DNA from: Octopus bimaculoides
Taxonomy: Eukaryota
Direction of reading: 5' to 3'
Length of the DNA: 64,000 nt
NCBI RefSeq assembly: GCF_001194135.2
Contig: NC_068985.1
Coordinates: 80,500,532 to 80,564,531, forward strand
This document shows, in pieces, positions 1-13,919 of this stretch. How positions within the stretch are numbered: position 1 is the first letter of the stretch; each line of letters begins with the position of its first letter. The position numbers and the translations under genes are program-made. Under the pieces are notes generated by a model. It made no database searches, had not been told where the DNA came from, and worked only from the letters and a program-made list of their open reading frames with translations.

Positions 1-244
1 CTCCTATTTTCTCCCTCTTTGTTCCTTTCTTGCTCCTCTTCTTCTTTTCCTCACTATTTTCTTTACTCTCTTTTCCAATCTCTTCCAATTCTACTCTCTC
101 CTTAAATTACTTCCCCTTGTTTTTCTCTTTCTTCTCACTCCCACTTCTCTCTTTCTCACTGTAGTAAAACAGGTTATGTACGTGAGAAGCGCGGGAAAAA
201 CAAAGCAAGCTGAATACAACAAAACAACAAGCGAGAGAACAAAG

Positions 245-2439
245 TGTAGGTGCAGTTACCCCCTTTGACAGCGGGTTCAAACAAGCTAGCCATATATAGA
301 GGGCATTACGCAACATTAAGATTCAGACACTCACCTCTGCCTCTTTCTGCACTGGGACGCAAACTGTGAAGACGTAACCTGACTGGCTCTCTCTCATACC
401 ATACGCCAGCTAGCAGATAGGAGCAAAAGTATAGAAGACCATGGCCTCTACGCACCAACCATTCATATATGTGTGGCCACATTAAACGTATTTAAAGTTA
501 CAACCTTGTTTATATATATTCTTCATCCGGGTGTACTACCAAAGAAGATTACATCCTTCTGAGTTATTCACGTTAGGTGGCTCAACAACAACCTATCCAT
601 TTATAATGGTGACCCGACGAGGAACAGAACTATACTTCTAAAATGGTAACCCTACGCAGCACACACTACAATTCCTTCTAAAATGTTGAACACTAGATGA
701 ATTCAGACCAGTGAATACGCATTCCTTTTTCTCCTTCGAGGCTTCGGCTACGCAATCAGACCGCCACTCGTCTTATAGGAACACCACTGATGTTTCTTGT
801 CGCGATATTGTCTTCTTCACCAGGAAATTTTGGCGCCATTTTCAAGCGGGAAACTGCAAATCATGTAACCAAATTTACAGCTTGGTCCTTTGCAGACATA
901 GCGTCCTAGGGGAATATTTTTCTTAGGAAAAAAATTATCCGGAATTTTTCTCCAAAATTCACATGGTCAACAAATTTTTCCTACGTGCCAGGTATGAGTT
1001 TCTTTCTCTCAACCACCCGGGTTATCCACGTGTTGGCCATGTTTTGTTCTTTATCCACTAGCAAGGACTCCTATTTTTATCCTCTGCTACTAAAAATAAA
1101 AAATTCCTTGTTCACTGCTCGTCGTGTCTTCTTTCAACTAAGGAGTTTGACGGCTATTTCTTTCAACCAGCATGTCCTTCGTGGCGTTCCGTTTTCCTAT
1201 TATTGTCCAAGATGAGTCACTTTCCTTTGCCTCAATATCATGGAGATGCTATGGTGTGCTTTTCACAACTGGAGTCGTTCTTCATTTCTTCTAATATTCA
1301 GTCGGCCCAGAGCTGTAAGATGCGGACCCCACATCTTACGTCACGTGACTCAGGTCATTCTTTGCTGACCTTCCACCAATGCTTCCTCGTGACCAGTCTA
1401 TTTCTTCTGCAGTAACTCCAGATATTTCTACTCGGACTCACGTGTTTGCAAGAAACGATGCCGTTAAGGGATCGCTTACACCTCCATATATTGGGCCCTA
1501 TCGCGTTCTTAGAAGCACGCCGAAACTGTTCACTGTGGACATTCACGGAAAAAAAGAGATTGTCTCTATCGACAGAGTAAAAAAATGGCCTTTTCCGAAA
1601 CATTTACGCCACTTGCTGACACACCCATCATTCCACAAACACTGCCACTCCCACCCAAACAAGCACCACCTCCACTCACCAAAACATCAACTACACAAAC
1701 ACATTCTTCACCTTACAGGATACGTTCTGACAGAGCGGTTTATTGGCCAAAGAAATTGTCTCAGACTATTTACATTTCTTAACCTTGCCTCGCCAGTGAC
1801 TGTTCGGGATAATAGACTCATGCTGTTATAGACACCGCATTCACATTTTCTTTCTTTCCGTATCATTGTACATATATGCTTTGTTCTATTCCATTGGACA
1901 CCTTTCTTTGCTGAACGTTTACCTTGTACATATATGCATTGTATTTTTTTCAGTTGTTCATACAACTCTTTTGCTATGATTCGTTCTTCTGTGCCCTCCT
2001 AGTGCACACTCCAGCTACACTACTTTTAGTCGACTGCTTCCGGTTTAAGAGGGGACCACTGTAGGCACAGTTACTTCCCCTTTACAGTGGATTCAAACAA
2101 GCTGGCCATATATAGAGGGCGTTACGAAACATCAAAGTTCAGAAACTCACCTCTGCCTCTTTCTGCACTGGGACGCGAACTGTGAAGACGTAACCTGACC
2201 AGCTCTCTCTCATACCACACGCCAACTAGCAGATAGAAGCAAAAGCACAGAAGACCATAGCCTCTACGCACCAACCATTCCATTTATCATTCAGTTGTGT
2301 ATATACATGTGACCACATTAAACATATTTAAAGTTACAACCTTGTTTATATATTCTTCATCCGGGTTTACTCCCAAATGAGATTACATCCTTCTGAGTTA
2401 GTCACCTTAGGTGGCTCAACAACAACCTACCCATCTATA
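245..2439 (+). mobile_element. Internally deleted, non-autonomous Ty3/Gypsy LTR retrotransposon
   Basis: LTRs at 245-605 and 2060-2439 (about 10% divergent by manual count). 4-bp TSD AAAG at 241-244 and 2440-2443. PBS TGGTGACCCGACG at 607-619 (tRNA-Trp-like). PPT AAGAGGGGACCAC at 2047-2059. Gag N-terminus-like peptide (LPQYHGDAMVCFSQLESFF) and integrase C-terminal GPY/F-like peptide (PPYIGPYRVL...VSIDRVK). Confidence 0.92.
1379..1782 (+). pseudogene. Gypsy integrase C-terminal remnant with frameshift near 1585
   Basis: THVFARNDAVKGSLTPPYIGPYRVLRSTPKLFTVDIHGKKEIVSIDRVK, continuing in another frame to RIRSDRAVYWPKKL. Confidence 0.8.
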
Positions 2440-2789
2440 AAAGGTAATATAATTATACAGTGAGAGGTATGACAGAGCATATTTCAACGTTTCGAACATA
2501 GGCTCTTCGTCAAGAACAGAAAGGACAAATTAAGAGGAAAAGAATGTTGAATGAATACATATGCTGATTTCAGTAAAGAAGCATAGCAATTTTTGCATTA
2601 AAAAAATGCTTCTCTATATCGAAGGTTTGGTCTGAGCATATTGTTCCTTCAATGAATATCTTTAACAATTTCCAAATATCGCTTTGATTTTGAACATACA
2701 TTTACTCATGTCATGACATGTCATGTGAACTTTGTGAAATATTTTTCGTAAAATAATATACGATGAAAAAACATAAAAAAATAAAAACA

Positions 2790-3200
2790 GCGTGGCTGTG
2801 TGGTAAGAAGCTTCTTTCCCAGCTACAGACCCACTGCGTGGCACCGTGGGCAAGTGTCTTCTGCTATAGCCTCGGGCCAACCAATGCCTTGTGAATGGAT
2901 TTGGCAGATGGAAACTGAAAGAATCCGGTTGTACATACGTGTATATGTGTGTTCATATGCGCGTGTGTGTATCTGTGTGTGTACCTATCTATATGTGTCT
3001 TTGTCCTCTACCACCGCTTGACAATCGGTGTTAGTGTGTTTACGTCTCCGTAACTTAACGTAACTTGGAATAAGTACTAAGCTTTAAAAAACGTAACAAG
3101 TCCTGGGATCGATATGTTCGGCTAAAACCCATTCAAAGCGAAGCCCCAGCATGGCCGCAGTCAAATGAAGGAAACAAATAAAAGATACAAGATAAAAGAT
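2790..3200 (+). mobile_element. tRNA-derived SINE family A. Other copies or fragments at about 12130-12410(-), 19915-20065(-), 21735-21885(-), 26430-26690(+), 40970-41330(-), 53505-53660(+), 56051-56637(+), 61985-62340(+)
   Basis: Recurrent motif GTGGCTGTGTGGTAAG...CCCACTGCGTGGCACCTTGGGCAAGTGTCTTCT...GGAAACTGAAAGAAGCCC, a microsatellite middle and a (TAAAAGA)n tail. Confidence 0.85.
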
Positions 3201-4971
3201 AATCAAAGACAGAAATTCGAACTCCTGGGGTACCCCCAGGAACTCCACACCAGGTTTACGTGTAAAAGAACTCTCCAGACTTGCTTCAAACATTGTCAGA
3301 CAAAAAGAAAGAAAAGAAAACAACGAGCTAGTGGGTTATGGGCAGGACTTTTAGATACTACTCCCACCAGTACTCATTTCTTCAAATTTTCGCATCATGA
3401 ACCTATTCAGTAACAGTTTAGCATTTAAATATCTACAATGATGTAATTACATCCCAAAATATTTACGAGACAACCAAATTTCTTCTGGATACTTTCAAAA
3501 CGTACTGAGAGAGAGAGAGAGAGAGAGAGAANNNNNNNNNNNNNNNNNNNNNNNNNNNNNNNNNNNNNAGCCACTTATGAAAAGGTTACAACCTGGGCAG
3601 AGCAGAGCGAGCTCAAGTACTTTTACAAATTTTTACTTCATAGAAAGAATCTAGTTACGTTTTTTCTAGCATCCCAGCGAGATTAAGCTTATGGGGAAAA
3701 AAAAAAAAAAAAAAAGATTATGATCATTTCAAAGTTAAGGAGCCTCCACAAATTCGTTGATTCAATAATTAGAGGTGCTAAATATCCAGAAAACACACGA
3801 ACTTGCACTCCCACCGCACACACTGTGTTTTTAACACACCAGTCTCTCTGACATGCTCCTCTGGGGAAGAACATATTACAGCTAGTGCCATCCCACGATT
3901 GAATACACGTAAATATTATGTACACATTAATTGCTGGCAAAACGAAATCTATAAATATTATATACACTAGTATTTTAAATGCGTATATTAATTGAATTGA
4001 AGCTTATTTAACTTTCGCAGAAGTAATTTAATGCTTTATTTGCTAGTTTTTATATCGGAACTAGCATTTTCGGCCTAGTCCTGAATTTTCGACACTGAGG
4101 AGACAAAATCAGGTCGAAACACTGTCTAGCGACCTACAGATGTTCTGAGTGAAGCATTGTGTTGTTAATACTTAAGCCCTTTTGAGATATTTGTTTAAGA
4201 CAAAATATTGCAGCTACTGGCATTCAACGCTTGTATAATCATTATAAAAATTATACAAACCAGTAAAAAAAAAGATGAATTTCTGAATATACACCAAAAC
4301 GGCACATAAGGCATATGACGTAGAACACACAGTTCTAAGAGAAGTGCACCCGCACAGCTTTGACTGTGATGGCTAAGACAAACTAAAGAAACATGACTAA
4401 TTTCTTTGAACTCCAGTAAAGGTTTTCTCATTTAGAAATAATTTCCAGAACATGTAGAAAGAAAGAAGGAAAAAACATGGAGTTTACATCAAGCTATTAA
4501 AATTAATTTTAAACGTCAACGAGGTAGATTTGTTGTATCATAAACAGCAATGATGTTAATGTAGACAAACTTCTTGGGAAATTTATATTTAGAAATACAT
4601 CTGCATTCTCTACATTGTTTAAGTATACTCAATTAATTCTTCATTACAGTAGCCATATATACGTTTGTGTGTACGAGCATGAGTACGTGTATTCATAGCT
4701 GTGTGTGCCGTGTAGCTGTTTAGTGTATGCATCTGTATATCCGTGTGTATATATGTATATATGCGCGTTGGGTATGCATGTATGTATATGTGTGTATGAA
4801 TGTATATGTATGTATGTATATGTGTGTATGTACACACACACAAATATGCATTTTTATAGGTAAGCGTATATGTATATGAGTGTTTGTGAGGAGATATTAG
4901 TAGCTGGAGAACACGAAGAAAATGAACAACACTCCGCGCGCAGACACACACACACACACTCGCACACTCGC

Positions 4972-5014
<43 letters not shown>

Positions 5015-6480
5015 CACACACGCACACAAGCCCACAGGCTCACAAGCTTGCAAACAAATTTTTCTCCTGTCTCTATATTTGATAAAATATAATTAAATGT
5101 AAATCATGGATGTCATAATGAATTTCAGGCAGAATCCAAGGAAAATAAATCATTCCGAGTGAAACTAGATGTGCGATTAGTGTTCGGTTCCAGGTCGTAG
5201 CTATTTAATTATGNNNNNNNNNNNNNNNNNNNNNNNNNNNNNNNNNNNNNNNNNNNNNNNNNNNNNNNNNNNNNNNNNNNNNNNNNNNNNNNNNNNNNNN
5301 NNNNNNNNNNNNNNNNNNNNNNNNNNNNNNNNNNNNNNNNNNNNNNNNNNNNNNNNNNNNNNNNNNNNNNNNNNNNNNNNNNNNNNNNNNNNNNNNNNNN
5401 NNNNNNNNNNNNNNNNNNNNNNNNNNNNNNNNNNNNNNNNNNNNNNNNNNNNNNNNNNNNNNNNNNNNNNNNNNNNNNNNNNNNNNNNNNNNNNNNNNNN
5501 NNNNNNNNNNNNNNNNNNNNNNNNNNNNNNNNNNNNNNNNNNNNNNNNNNNNNNNNNNNNNNNNNNNNNNNNNNNNNNNNNNNNNNNNNNNNNNNNNNNN
5601 NNNNNNNNNNNNNNNNNNNNNNNNNNNNNNNNNNNNNNNNNTTCCGATCTTTCATATGACCCAGCTGCTTTCTTAAGCTCAAAAAGCGAAATTTTCGGAT
5701 GCTGTCCTCATGAGTGGAAATTCATTATAGCTTGGTCATGTCCATTTTTGGAGTAGGGAATGATATATTTACGCACACGCATACACACATTTCACACACT
5801 TTACTCATGGCTAACATCAATCCATGGGAAATAGTTCTTGTCTCATCCGAAAAAAATGTTATAATAGTAAAGTCTATTTGCCGACGCAAAGTGGAAGTCT
5901 TACGTGGCACGATGTTACTACATTTTAGCCCCAGGAAAGCATCTTTTCCAGTTGGTTACCGATACATGATCCGTATACTGTGTCCGTATACTGTGATAAT
6001 ATTTTTCATATATTTCATTCCGTCTATTTTTATCAACACCAACCCATCCAGAGTCTATTTATACTTCTAGCATAAAAGCCAGTACGTCTGAAGCGTCGTC
6101 AATATTGCCTAGATGCAATAATCGGTACGAAACCGACGGTAACAATCTGACCAGTTAAATGCCATAACTAATAATGTATTGCTTTAAGCCGGCGAATTGG
6201 TAGAATCGTTAGCACGCCGTGCAAAATGCTTAGCGACATTTCGTCCGTCTTTACGTTCTGAGTTTAAATTCTGCTGTGGTCGACTTTGCCTTTCATCCTT
6301 TCGGTGTCGATGAAATAAGTACTTACCTCCTCCCTCGAAATTGTTGGCCTTGTGCCAAAATTAGAAACCAATAATATATTGCTCGACGATATATAAAGAT
6401 ATAATCGCTCTATTATTCATATTGAGTGTACTCTCTTCCTCATTTAAGGACAGCTAACCGATGAGTGCTCGATACACACT

Positions 6481-6544
<64 letters not shown>

Positions 6545-9500
6545 CGTGCATGCGCGCACGTGTGTTAATACACACACGCACACATGTATTCATATACGTA
6601 TACATACATTCTTACATACAGAGGAGTGTGGGGCTGCAGAAACCAGATAGAAACATCTCACACCAAATGTTTATATACGTATACATACATACATAGATAG
6701 ATAGATAGATAGATACATGGATACATACATACATACATACATACATACGTACACACACACATACATACATAATGTCATGATGTGTAATGATTACCTAAAA
6801 ACTTCCATTCGCAAACATTTACACGGCGACATGCTGCTTGGTCTATTTCAATACTGGCTGACTTCCTAGTCTCCATGACGACAGTAGGGGTTCATATTGC
6901 ATCTTTTTGGTTAATCTCTTTCTTTAACTTTAACTCACCTAATAATTTTATTCATTCATCCTCCTTCCTTTTCCACATTCCCCGTTCTTACTCTCACAGC
7001 TCAACTCTTCTCACTTCTTCCCTGTTGAGTAGCTTCTATCGTGCTTATTATTGCAGTTATGAAAGCTATAAACCAAAGTCAACCCGATCTAACTGGGAAT
7101 TAAACTCAAAACATAAAACGCTGCAATTAAATAACACAAGATATTCTGACTGGCGTTCGGCCGTTTCTCCTTTTCACTGCCTTCTAGCAGGTGTAAATGT
7201 TGGTTTCAATATTGGCACAAAGCCAACAGTTTCGGGGAGATATTAAGTCGATTACATCGACCCCCTTGCTCAACTGGTACTTATATTATCGACCCCAAAA
7301 GGATGAAATGCAAAGTCAACTTCGGCGGAATTTGAACTCAGAACTTAAAGACAGACGAAATGCCACTACGTATTTTGCCGGCATGCTAACGATTCTGCCA
7401 GCTCACCGCCTTTAATAAATCATAATTATAGCAAGAATTATGGTATAAACCTGATGTACCGCTATTATTAATACTATTTGCTCCCTCTCACCACAAACAC
7501 AAATAGATGCAGCATCAATCGCAGTATGAGTCCCAAGCATTGTACAGAGATACACAATATGAACGAATTTCAGAAGCAGGGTAACTGTTGCGCCTTAGCA
7601 GAAAACCACATTGCACACCTCAACTGTGGCCATCACAAGAATCAGCAGACGCAGAGAAATAGAACAGCGCAGCAGAGAAAGTACAATATGCCACGACTGT
7701 GACAATGTATTCCATACGATTAACCCCTGTAGGTCGAAGAATGCATACTGGTTATTAGTTAGATGTAAGCATTATATATCTAGAACAATAGTTATGTAGG
7801 TCACACTCAGTCAGCCGTCTACCTATGTAGACAGGAGCTGACCTGGAGCATGAAAGCTTCCACTAAATGCACACACAATAGGCCTGTCGAACCAACGAGG
7901 GAGTTTCTATATGGTCGCTTGACTCGCTAGAAATAGCAATCAGATCTCATTCAAATCGTCTTCAAAAATGACACGTTGGCAGATGTGACTGCGTGTTTCC
8001 TGTACATGGTTACAGCTAAAATACATTTGGCCATAAGCCTGATCACTCAGGTTTGACCATGGACTAAATAACAAAATGAATAAATAATAAAAGTAAAAAA
8101 AAAACCAAAAAAAAAAAACCAAGACAAAAAGCAGCTCCATGGCTGATTTAGTTGTTTGGGATTGAAAACTAAAATGACATAAGGTCTAGAGGATGTAAGN
8201 NNNNNNNNNNNNNNNNNNNNNNNNNNNNNNNNNNNNNNNNNNNNNNNNNNNNNNNNNNNNNNNNNNNNNNNNNNNNNNNNNNNNNNNNNNNNNNNNNNNN
8301 NNNNNNNNNNNNNNNNNNNNNNNNNNNNNNNNNNNNNNNNNNNNNNNNNNNNNNNNNNNNNNNNNNNNNNNNNNNNNNNNNNNNNNNNNNNNNNNNNNNN
8401 NNNNNNNNNNNNNNNNNNNNNNNNNNNNNNNNNNNNNNNNNNNNNNNNNNNNNNNNNNNNNNNNNNNNNNNNNNNNNNNNNNNNNNNNNNNNNNNNNNNN
8501 NNNNNNNNNNNNNNNNNNNNNNNNNNNNNNNNNNNNNNNNNNNNNNNNNNNNNNNNNNNNNNNNNNNNNNNNNNNNNNNNNNNNNNNNNNNNNNNNNNNN
8601 NNNNNNNNNNNNNNNNNNNNNNNNNNNNNNNNNNNNNNNNNNNNNNNNNNNNNNNNNNNNNNNNNNNNNNNNNNNNNNNNNNNNNNNNNNNNNNNNNNNN
8701 NNNNNNNNNNNNNNNNNNNNNNNNNNNNNNNNNNNNNNNNNNNNNNNNNNNNNNNNNNNNNNNNNNNNNNNNNNNNNNNNNNNNNNNNNNNNNNNNNNNN
8801 NNNNNNNNNNNNNNNNNNNNNNNNNNNNNNNNNNNNNNNNNNNNNNNNNNNNNNNNNNNNNNNNNNNNNNNNNNNNNNNNNNNNNNNNNNNNNNNNNNNN
8901 NNNNNNNNNNNNNNNNNNNNNNNNNNNNNNNNNNNNNNNNNNNNNNNNNNNNNNNNNNNNNNNNNNNNNNNNNNNNNNNNNNNNNNNNNNNNNNNNNNNN
9001 NNNNNNNNNNNNNNCACACACACACAGTTGCATATCTATGAATGTATTTATGTATGTTTGAAGATAATCAAACCAAATGCTTATCATTTCGAGCCATTCA
9101 CCCAATGAGTATTTATGTCAAATTTGGTGAAAATCCGTCCAGCCGTTTTCCAGTAATCTTTCAAAAACACAGACAAAGACGAGTGATTACAATACCCGGC
9201 TTTCGTTTACGCACGCAGGGTAATTAATGAAAAAGATAGCGTTTATGATCAACTGCTTTGAAGTCTACAATTCATCTATTCAGATTATATATTTACATTT
9301 TCTTAGATAATAATTATTTGTATATTCTGTTACGTAACTAATAAAATTTAAGTAAGTCTTGCAAAAACTGAGGTTTTCAGGCTTACAAAACGACCATTTA
9401 AAACATTCTGCAAATTCGATTTGTAAGTGGAACAGTGAAAATATTTAAGGCTTCTTCAAACCTCAATATGTAATTCCTTACTATTGTTGTTATCTAAAGT

Positions 9501-9624
9501 GAACGATGGAGCTTTGTTTATTTGCCAGGAATCTGACCCTTCTTCATAGAAAGATTCCTAAGAAATTAATATATAGGGCGACTCAAAAGGCCCTTTAGAT
9601 TTAATAATGATTTTAAAATTTGGC

Positions 9625-10220
9625 ACAAGACCAGCGATTTCGGGGAAGGGAGTAAATCGATTGTATCGATCCCCAGTGCTCAACTGGTAATTATTTTATC
9701 GACCCCAAAAGAATGAAAGGCAAAGTCGGCCACGGCGAAATTTGAACTAACAGCGTGAAGACGGACGAAATGCCGCTAAGCATTTTGACCGGAGTGCTAA
9801 CGCTTCTACCACCCTTTAACATTAGTATTGGTTTCAAATTTTAGCACAAGGTCAGCAATTTGAAAGGAGGGAGTAAATCAATTACATCGACCCCAGGGCT
9901 CAACCGGTACTTATTTTATTGACCCCGAAAGGAAAAAAAGGTAAGGTCGATCTTGGCGGAATTTGAACTCAGAGCGTAACGACGGACGAAATGCCGTTAA
10001 GCATTTTGTCTGGTGTGCTAACGATTTTGTTAGCTTGTCGCTTTCTCTTTAGCATTAATATTGCTTTCAATATCCAAGTTTTGGCACAAGGTCAGTCATT
10101 TTGGGAGAGGGAGTAAGTCGATTACATCGACCCCCAGTGTGCAACTGGTACTTATTTTATTGACCCTGAAAGGATGAGAGGCGAAGTCAACCCAAGCTTT
10201 GCCTTTCATCCTTTCGAGAT
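9625..10220 (-). mobile_element. Three head-to-tail SINE family B copies
   Basis: The motif TGGCACAAG...CATCGACCCC...CAACTGGTACTTATTTTAT...GAAAGG occurs three times. Confidence 0.8.
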
Positions 10221-10572
10221 CAGTTGAGAGCAGTTTAACTTGTTAATGTATGTCTCGTCTCCCTCTCTATATACTCCGTCACCCGCAAACCTTACCACAG
10301 CCTGCATTTCGCTTCTTTATTGCATTTGTTAACCATCCGACCCAACTCTCTACCCGTAGACTTCCAGCTCGGCAATTGCTGGAGAGCTGGTCTACTGCTC
10401 CGTCGTTCACACTGCTAGCTGCCCTAGACCACCCTGGGCAGTTGAATTTGCTATGTCCAAGCAATTGTACACGATAACTGTTAAATTGTATTTCCAGAGC
10501 ATATTCTTTCGAATATGACACATTTCTAAAATATATAAACCAACACGCACACGCGCACACACACGCGCACAC

Positions 10573-10609
<37 letters not shown>

Positions 10610-11200
10610 TGTTCACTACAAAACATGCTGTAATTATATGAATGAACGTACGTTTCTACGTAAAAAAGAAATTGTATGTCGGTGTCTGTGTATTAAAATT
10701 ACATTTTATACATTAATGTAAATATGTACAAATTAGTGTNNNNNNNNNNNNNNNNNNNNNNNNNNNNNNNNNNNNNNNNNNNNNNNNNNNNNNNNNNNNN
10801 NNNNNNNNNNNNNNTTTACTGCAGTCGGAAAAATTATGATGTCAATTACGCCACAGGGTCAAATGACTCCTCCTGTCTGCATTCAAGAAATTCGGTTGGT
10901 CCTCTAATGTTCTGATGTGAAAGTTAATCACAGCGTTTCTTGAGTAAATCGCTTTATTTTAATGTTAATTTCAGAAGATTGGTAAATTTTATCTGCTTTG
11001 ATGAGAATAAGGAAATGCTCATGTATGTTTATATGTTTATGTGTATATATATATATATATGGATAAATGTGAGTGCATGTGTGTATGTGTGATTCATGAG
11101 TAAATGTAATTGCGTATTTGTATGTCTGCCTTCCCCATCTTCTACCATTCCGAATTTCTCTCAAACTATGAACCCTTTTTCTCCTGCATAATATTTAAAC

Positions 11201-11432
11201 ATTTATGCCCACTTACTTAAACGTGGGTGTTCTGTTAGAACAAACTATACTGCGGTAGATACCACGAGAGAAACTTTCATATTGGCTTTTGGTGCAAAAT
11301 GCGCTCTTGCTTTGCTTGCAATATAAACAAATGTGCATTTTGCACCAAAAGCCAGTATGACAGTTTCTCTCATGGTATCTACCGCATTATAGTTTGTTCT
11401 AACAGAACACCCACGCTTAAGTGGGCATAAAT
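11201..11432. mobile_element. Fold-back MITE or near-perfect palindrome; a single arm recurs at about 47790-47905
   Basis: Arms of about 100 bp (ATTTATGCCCACTT...TTGGTGCAAAATGC and its reverse complement) around a short loop. Confidence 0.8.
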
Positions 11433-13919
11433 ATTACCCCTCGGTATTAATACTGCCTCTGTCGTTAATATATACTAAATATTTAAACACGTCTTCCTAA
11501 ATATAGGTCTATTTGTGCTTGTTTAATGCGTTGTACCTATGAACCTTCCTATCCTCATCTTTCCCCCACCATATTTTCACCTGTTTAATCCGCGGCTTCA
11601 GTCACCTTTATTTTTGTTTCATTCTATTGTTTTACCTATCTCCCTTCTTGCTCACTTTAACTCTTCTCTCGAACCATGAACTTCTTTTCTCACAGATAAT
11701 ATTTAAACATGTTTTCCTAAGGTTAGTTCTCTTTGTGGTTGTCTGATGTACTGTACCTATTGTATCTGCCTGTCCTTATCCTTCCCACTATACTTTCATC
11801 AGTTTAACCTGTTACCTTAACTGTATCTCAATTTTTATTTTACCCAACTTCCCTCTTGCCCGACATTTTAACTTTTCTTCTTTGTGACATCGCCTCATTG
11901 GAACCTTGGAACCTCACCCTCTCACACTATCCCTATTGCTCAGTGATCCCTATTTCCACCAAATCAATCCCTCAACTTAAGTCTCTCCTAATTTCTCATT
12001 CTCAGACGAAGAGCAAAGCGACAAAACGATATAATCTACAATCCCAATTCTTTTATTCATTTACTAGTTTCAGTCATTTGACTATGGCCATGCTGGGGCA
12101 CCACATGAAGGGTTTTAGTCGAACAAATCGACACCAGGACTTTTTTATTTTTAAGCCTAGGACTTATTCTATCGATCTCTTTCGCTGAGCCGCTAGTTTA
12201 CGGAGACGTAAACACACCAGCACCGGTTGTCAAGCGGTGATCGGAGACAAACTGACACAAAGACACACACACACACACGACGAGCGTCTTTCAGTTTCCA
12301 TCTACCAAATCAGTTACAAGACTTTGGTCGGCCCGAGGCTAGAGTATAAGACATTTGCCCAAGGTACCATGCAGTGGGACTGAACCCGGAATCAAGTGGT
12401 TGAGAAGCAAACCTCACCATTTCTACAAACTCCTTGTTAATTTTTTTTACTGATGCTGAACCTCACCACTTTGCTCGGATTAAGATATTTACTCTGTTAA
12501 TGGAGGGGGTTCACAGAGTGTTCGGCTCCGCAGGTGCCAGTTAGCAGAAGGCCATGAGGTTGGCAGTGGAGGCAGCACTTTGCTTCGAGGTAGCTGTACA
12601 TTAGGAGGTTTGAACCCTAAAAGGAGCAGAGCTACCTGGGTTAGTGATAATTGGACGCAGGTTTGGACTTGATCAACCCCGGCTGGGTCACCTGAGTGAC
12701 GATGGTTGATGTTGAAAGACCTCGAAAAAGACCTAATGACTCTCAAAGAAACATCACTGCTCATGTGTATAGGGGTATCACAAGATGATGTATGTCTGTC
12801 CTTGTTTGTCCCCTCGGATCTATTTCAAAACGGGGGCACCAGTATTTTCTTAACGAAACACTAACGAAACACTTTGAAACTTGGGACACTGGTAGAATGT
12901 GTCATATAAAACATCTTTTACTCTTAGTCTTCTTAACAAAAAAACGTACATCGCAAGTTATTCCATGTTAAAGTTGTCGTATTTCTGTAATTTCAACCAA
13001 TCACTGACGTCTATTCAGCTGAATAGAGTTACTGCTGGGCGGTCATAAAAATGTTATTCCCTGTGACATATTTCATCCGGTTTAATCGTAATTTATACGC
13101 ATATATTGTTTATATAATAAATTACNNNNNNNNNNNNNNNNNNNNNNNNNNNNNNNNNNNNNNNNNNNNNNNNNNNNNNNNNNNNNNNNNNNNNNNNNNN
13201 NNNNNNNNNNNNNNNNNNNNNNNNNNNNNNNNNNNNNNNNNNNNNNNNNNNNNNNNNNNNNNNNNNNNNNNNNNNNNNNNNNNNNNNNNNNNNNNNNNNN
13301 NNNNNNNNNNNNNNNNNNNNNNNNNNNNNNNNNNNNNNNNNNNNNNNNNNNNNNNNNNNNNNNNNNNNNNNNNNNNNNNNNNNNNNNNNNNNNNNNNNNN
13401 NNNNNNNNNNNNNNNNNNNNNNNNNNNNNNNNNNNNNNNNNNNNNNNNNNNNNNNNNNNNNNNNNNNNNNNNNNNNNNNNNNNNNNNNNNNNNNNNNNNN
13501 NNNNNNNNNNNNNNNNNNNNNNNNNNNNNNNNNNNNNNNNNNNNNNNNNNNNNNNNNNNNNNNNNNNNNNNNNNNNNNNNNNNNNNNNNNNNNNNNNNNN
13601 NNNNNNNNNNNNNNNNNNNNNNNNNNNNNNNNNNNNNNNNNNNNNNNNNNNNNNNNNNNNNNNNNNNNNNNNNNNNNNNNNNNNNNNNNNNNNNNNNNNN
13701 NNNNNNNNNNNNNNNNNNNNNNNNNNNNNNNNNNNNNNNNNNNNNNNNNNNNNNNNNNNNNNNNNNNNNNNNNNNNNNNNNNNNNNNNNNNNNNNNNNNN
13801 NNNNNNNNNNNNNNNNNNNNNNNNNNNNNNNNNNNNNNNNNNNNNNNNNNNNNNNNNNNNNNNNNNNNNNNNNNNNNNNNNNNNNNNNNNNNNNNNNNNN
13901 NNNNNNNNNNNNNNNNNNN

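Noticed and set aside
4619-5082. His/Thr- and Cys/Val/Tyr-rich ORFs (also at 6465-6696, 13978-14806, 18680-19023)
   Set aside because: These are translations of CA/TG/TA microsatellites.
9625-10220. Regularly spaced repeats resembling a CRISPR array
   Set aside because: Units are about 200-bp diverged SINE copies without unique spacers, in a eukaryotic context with no cas genes.
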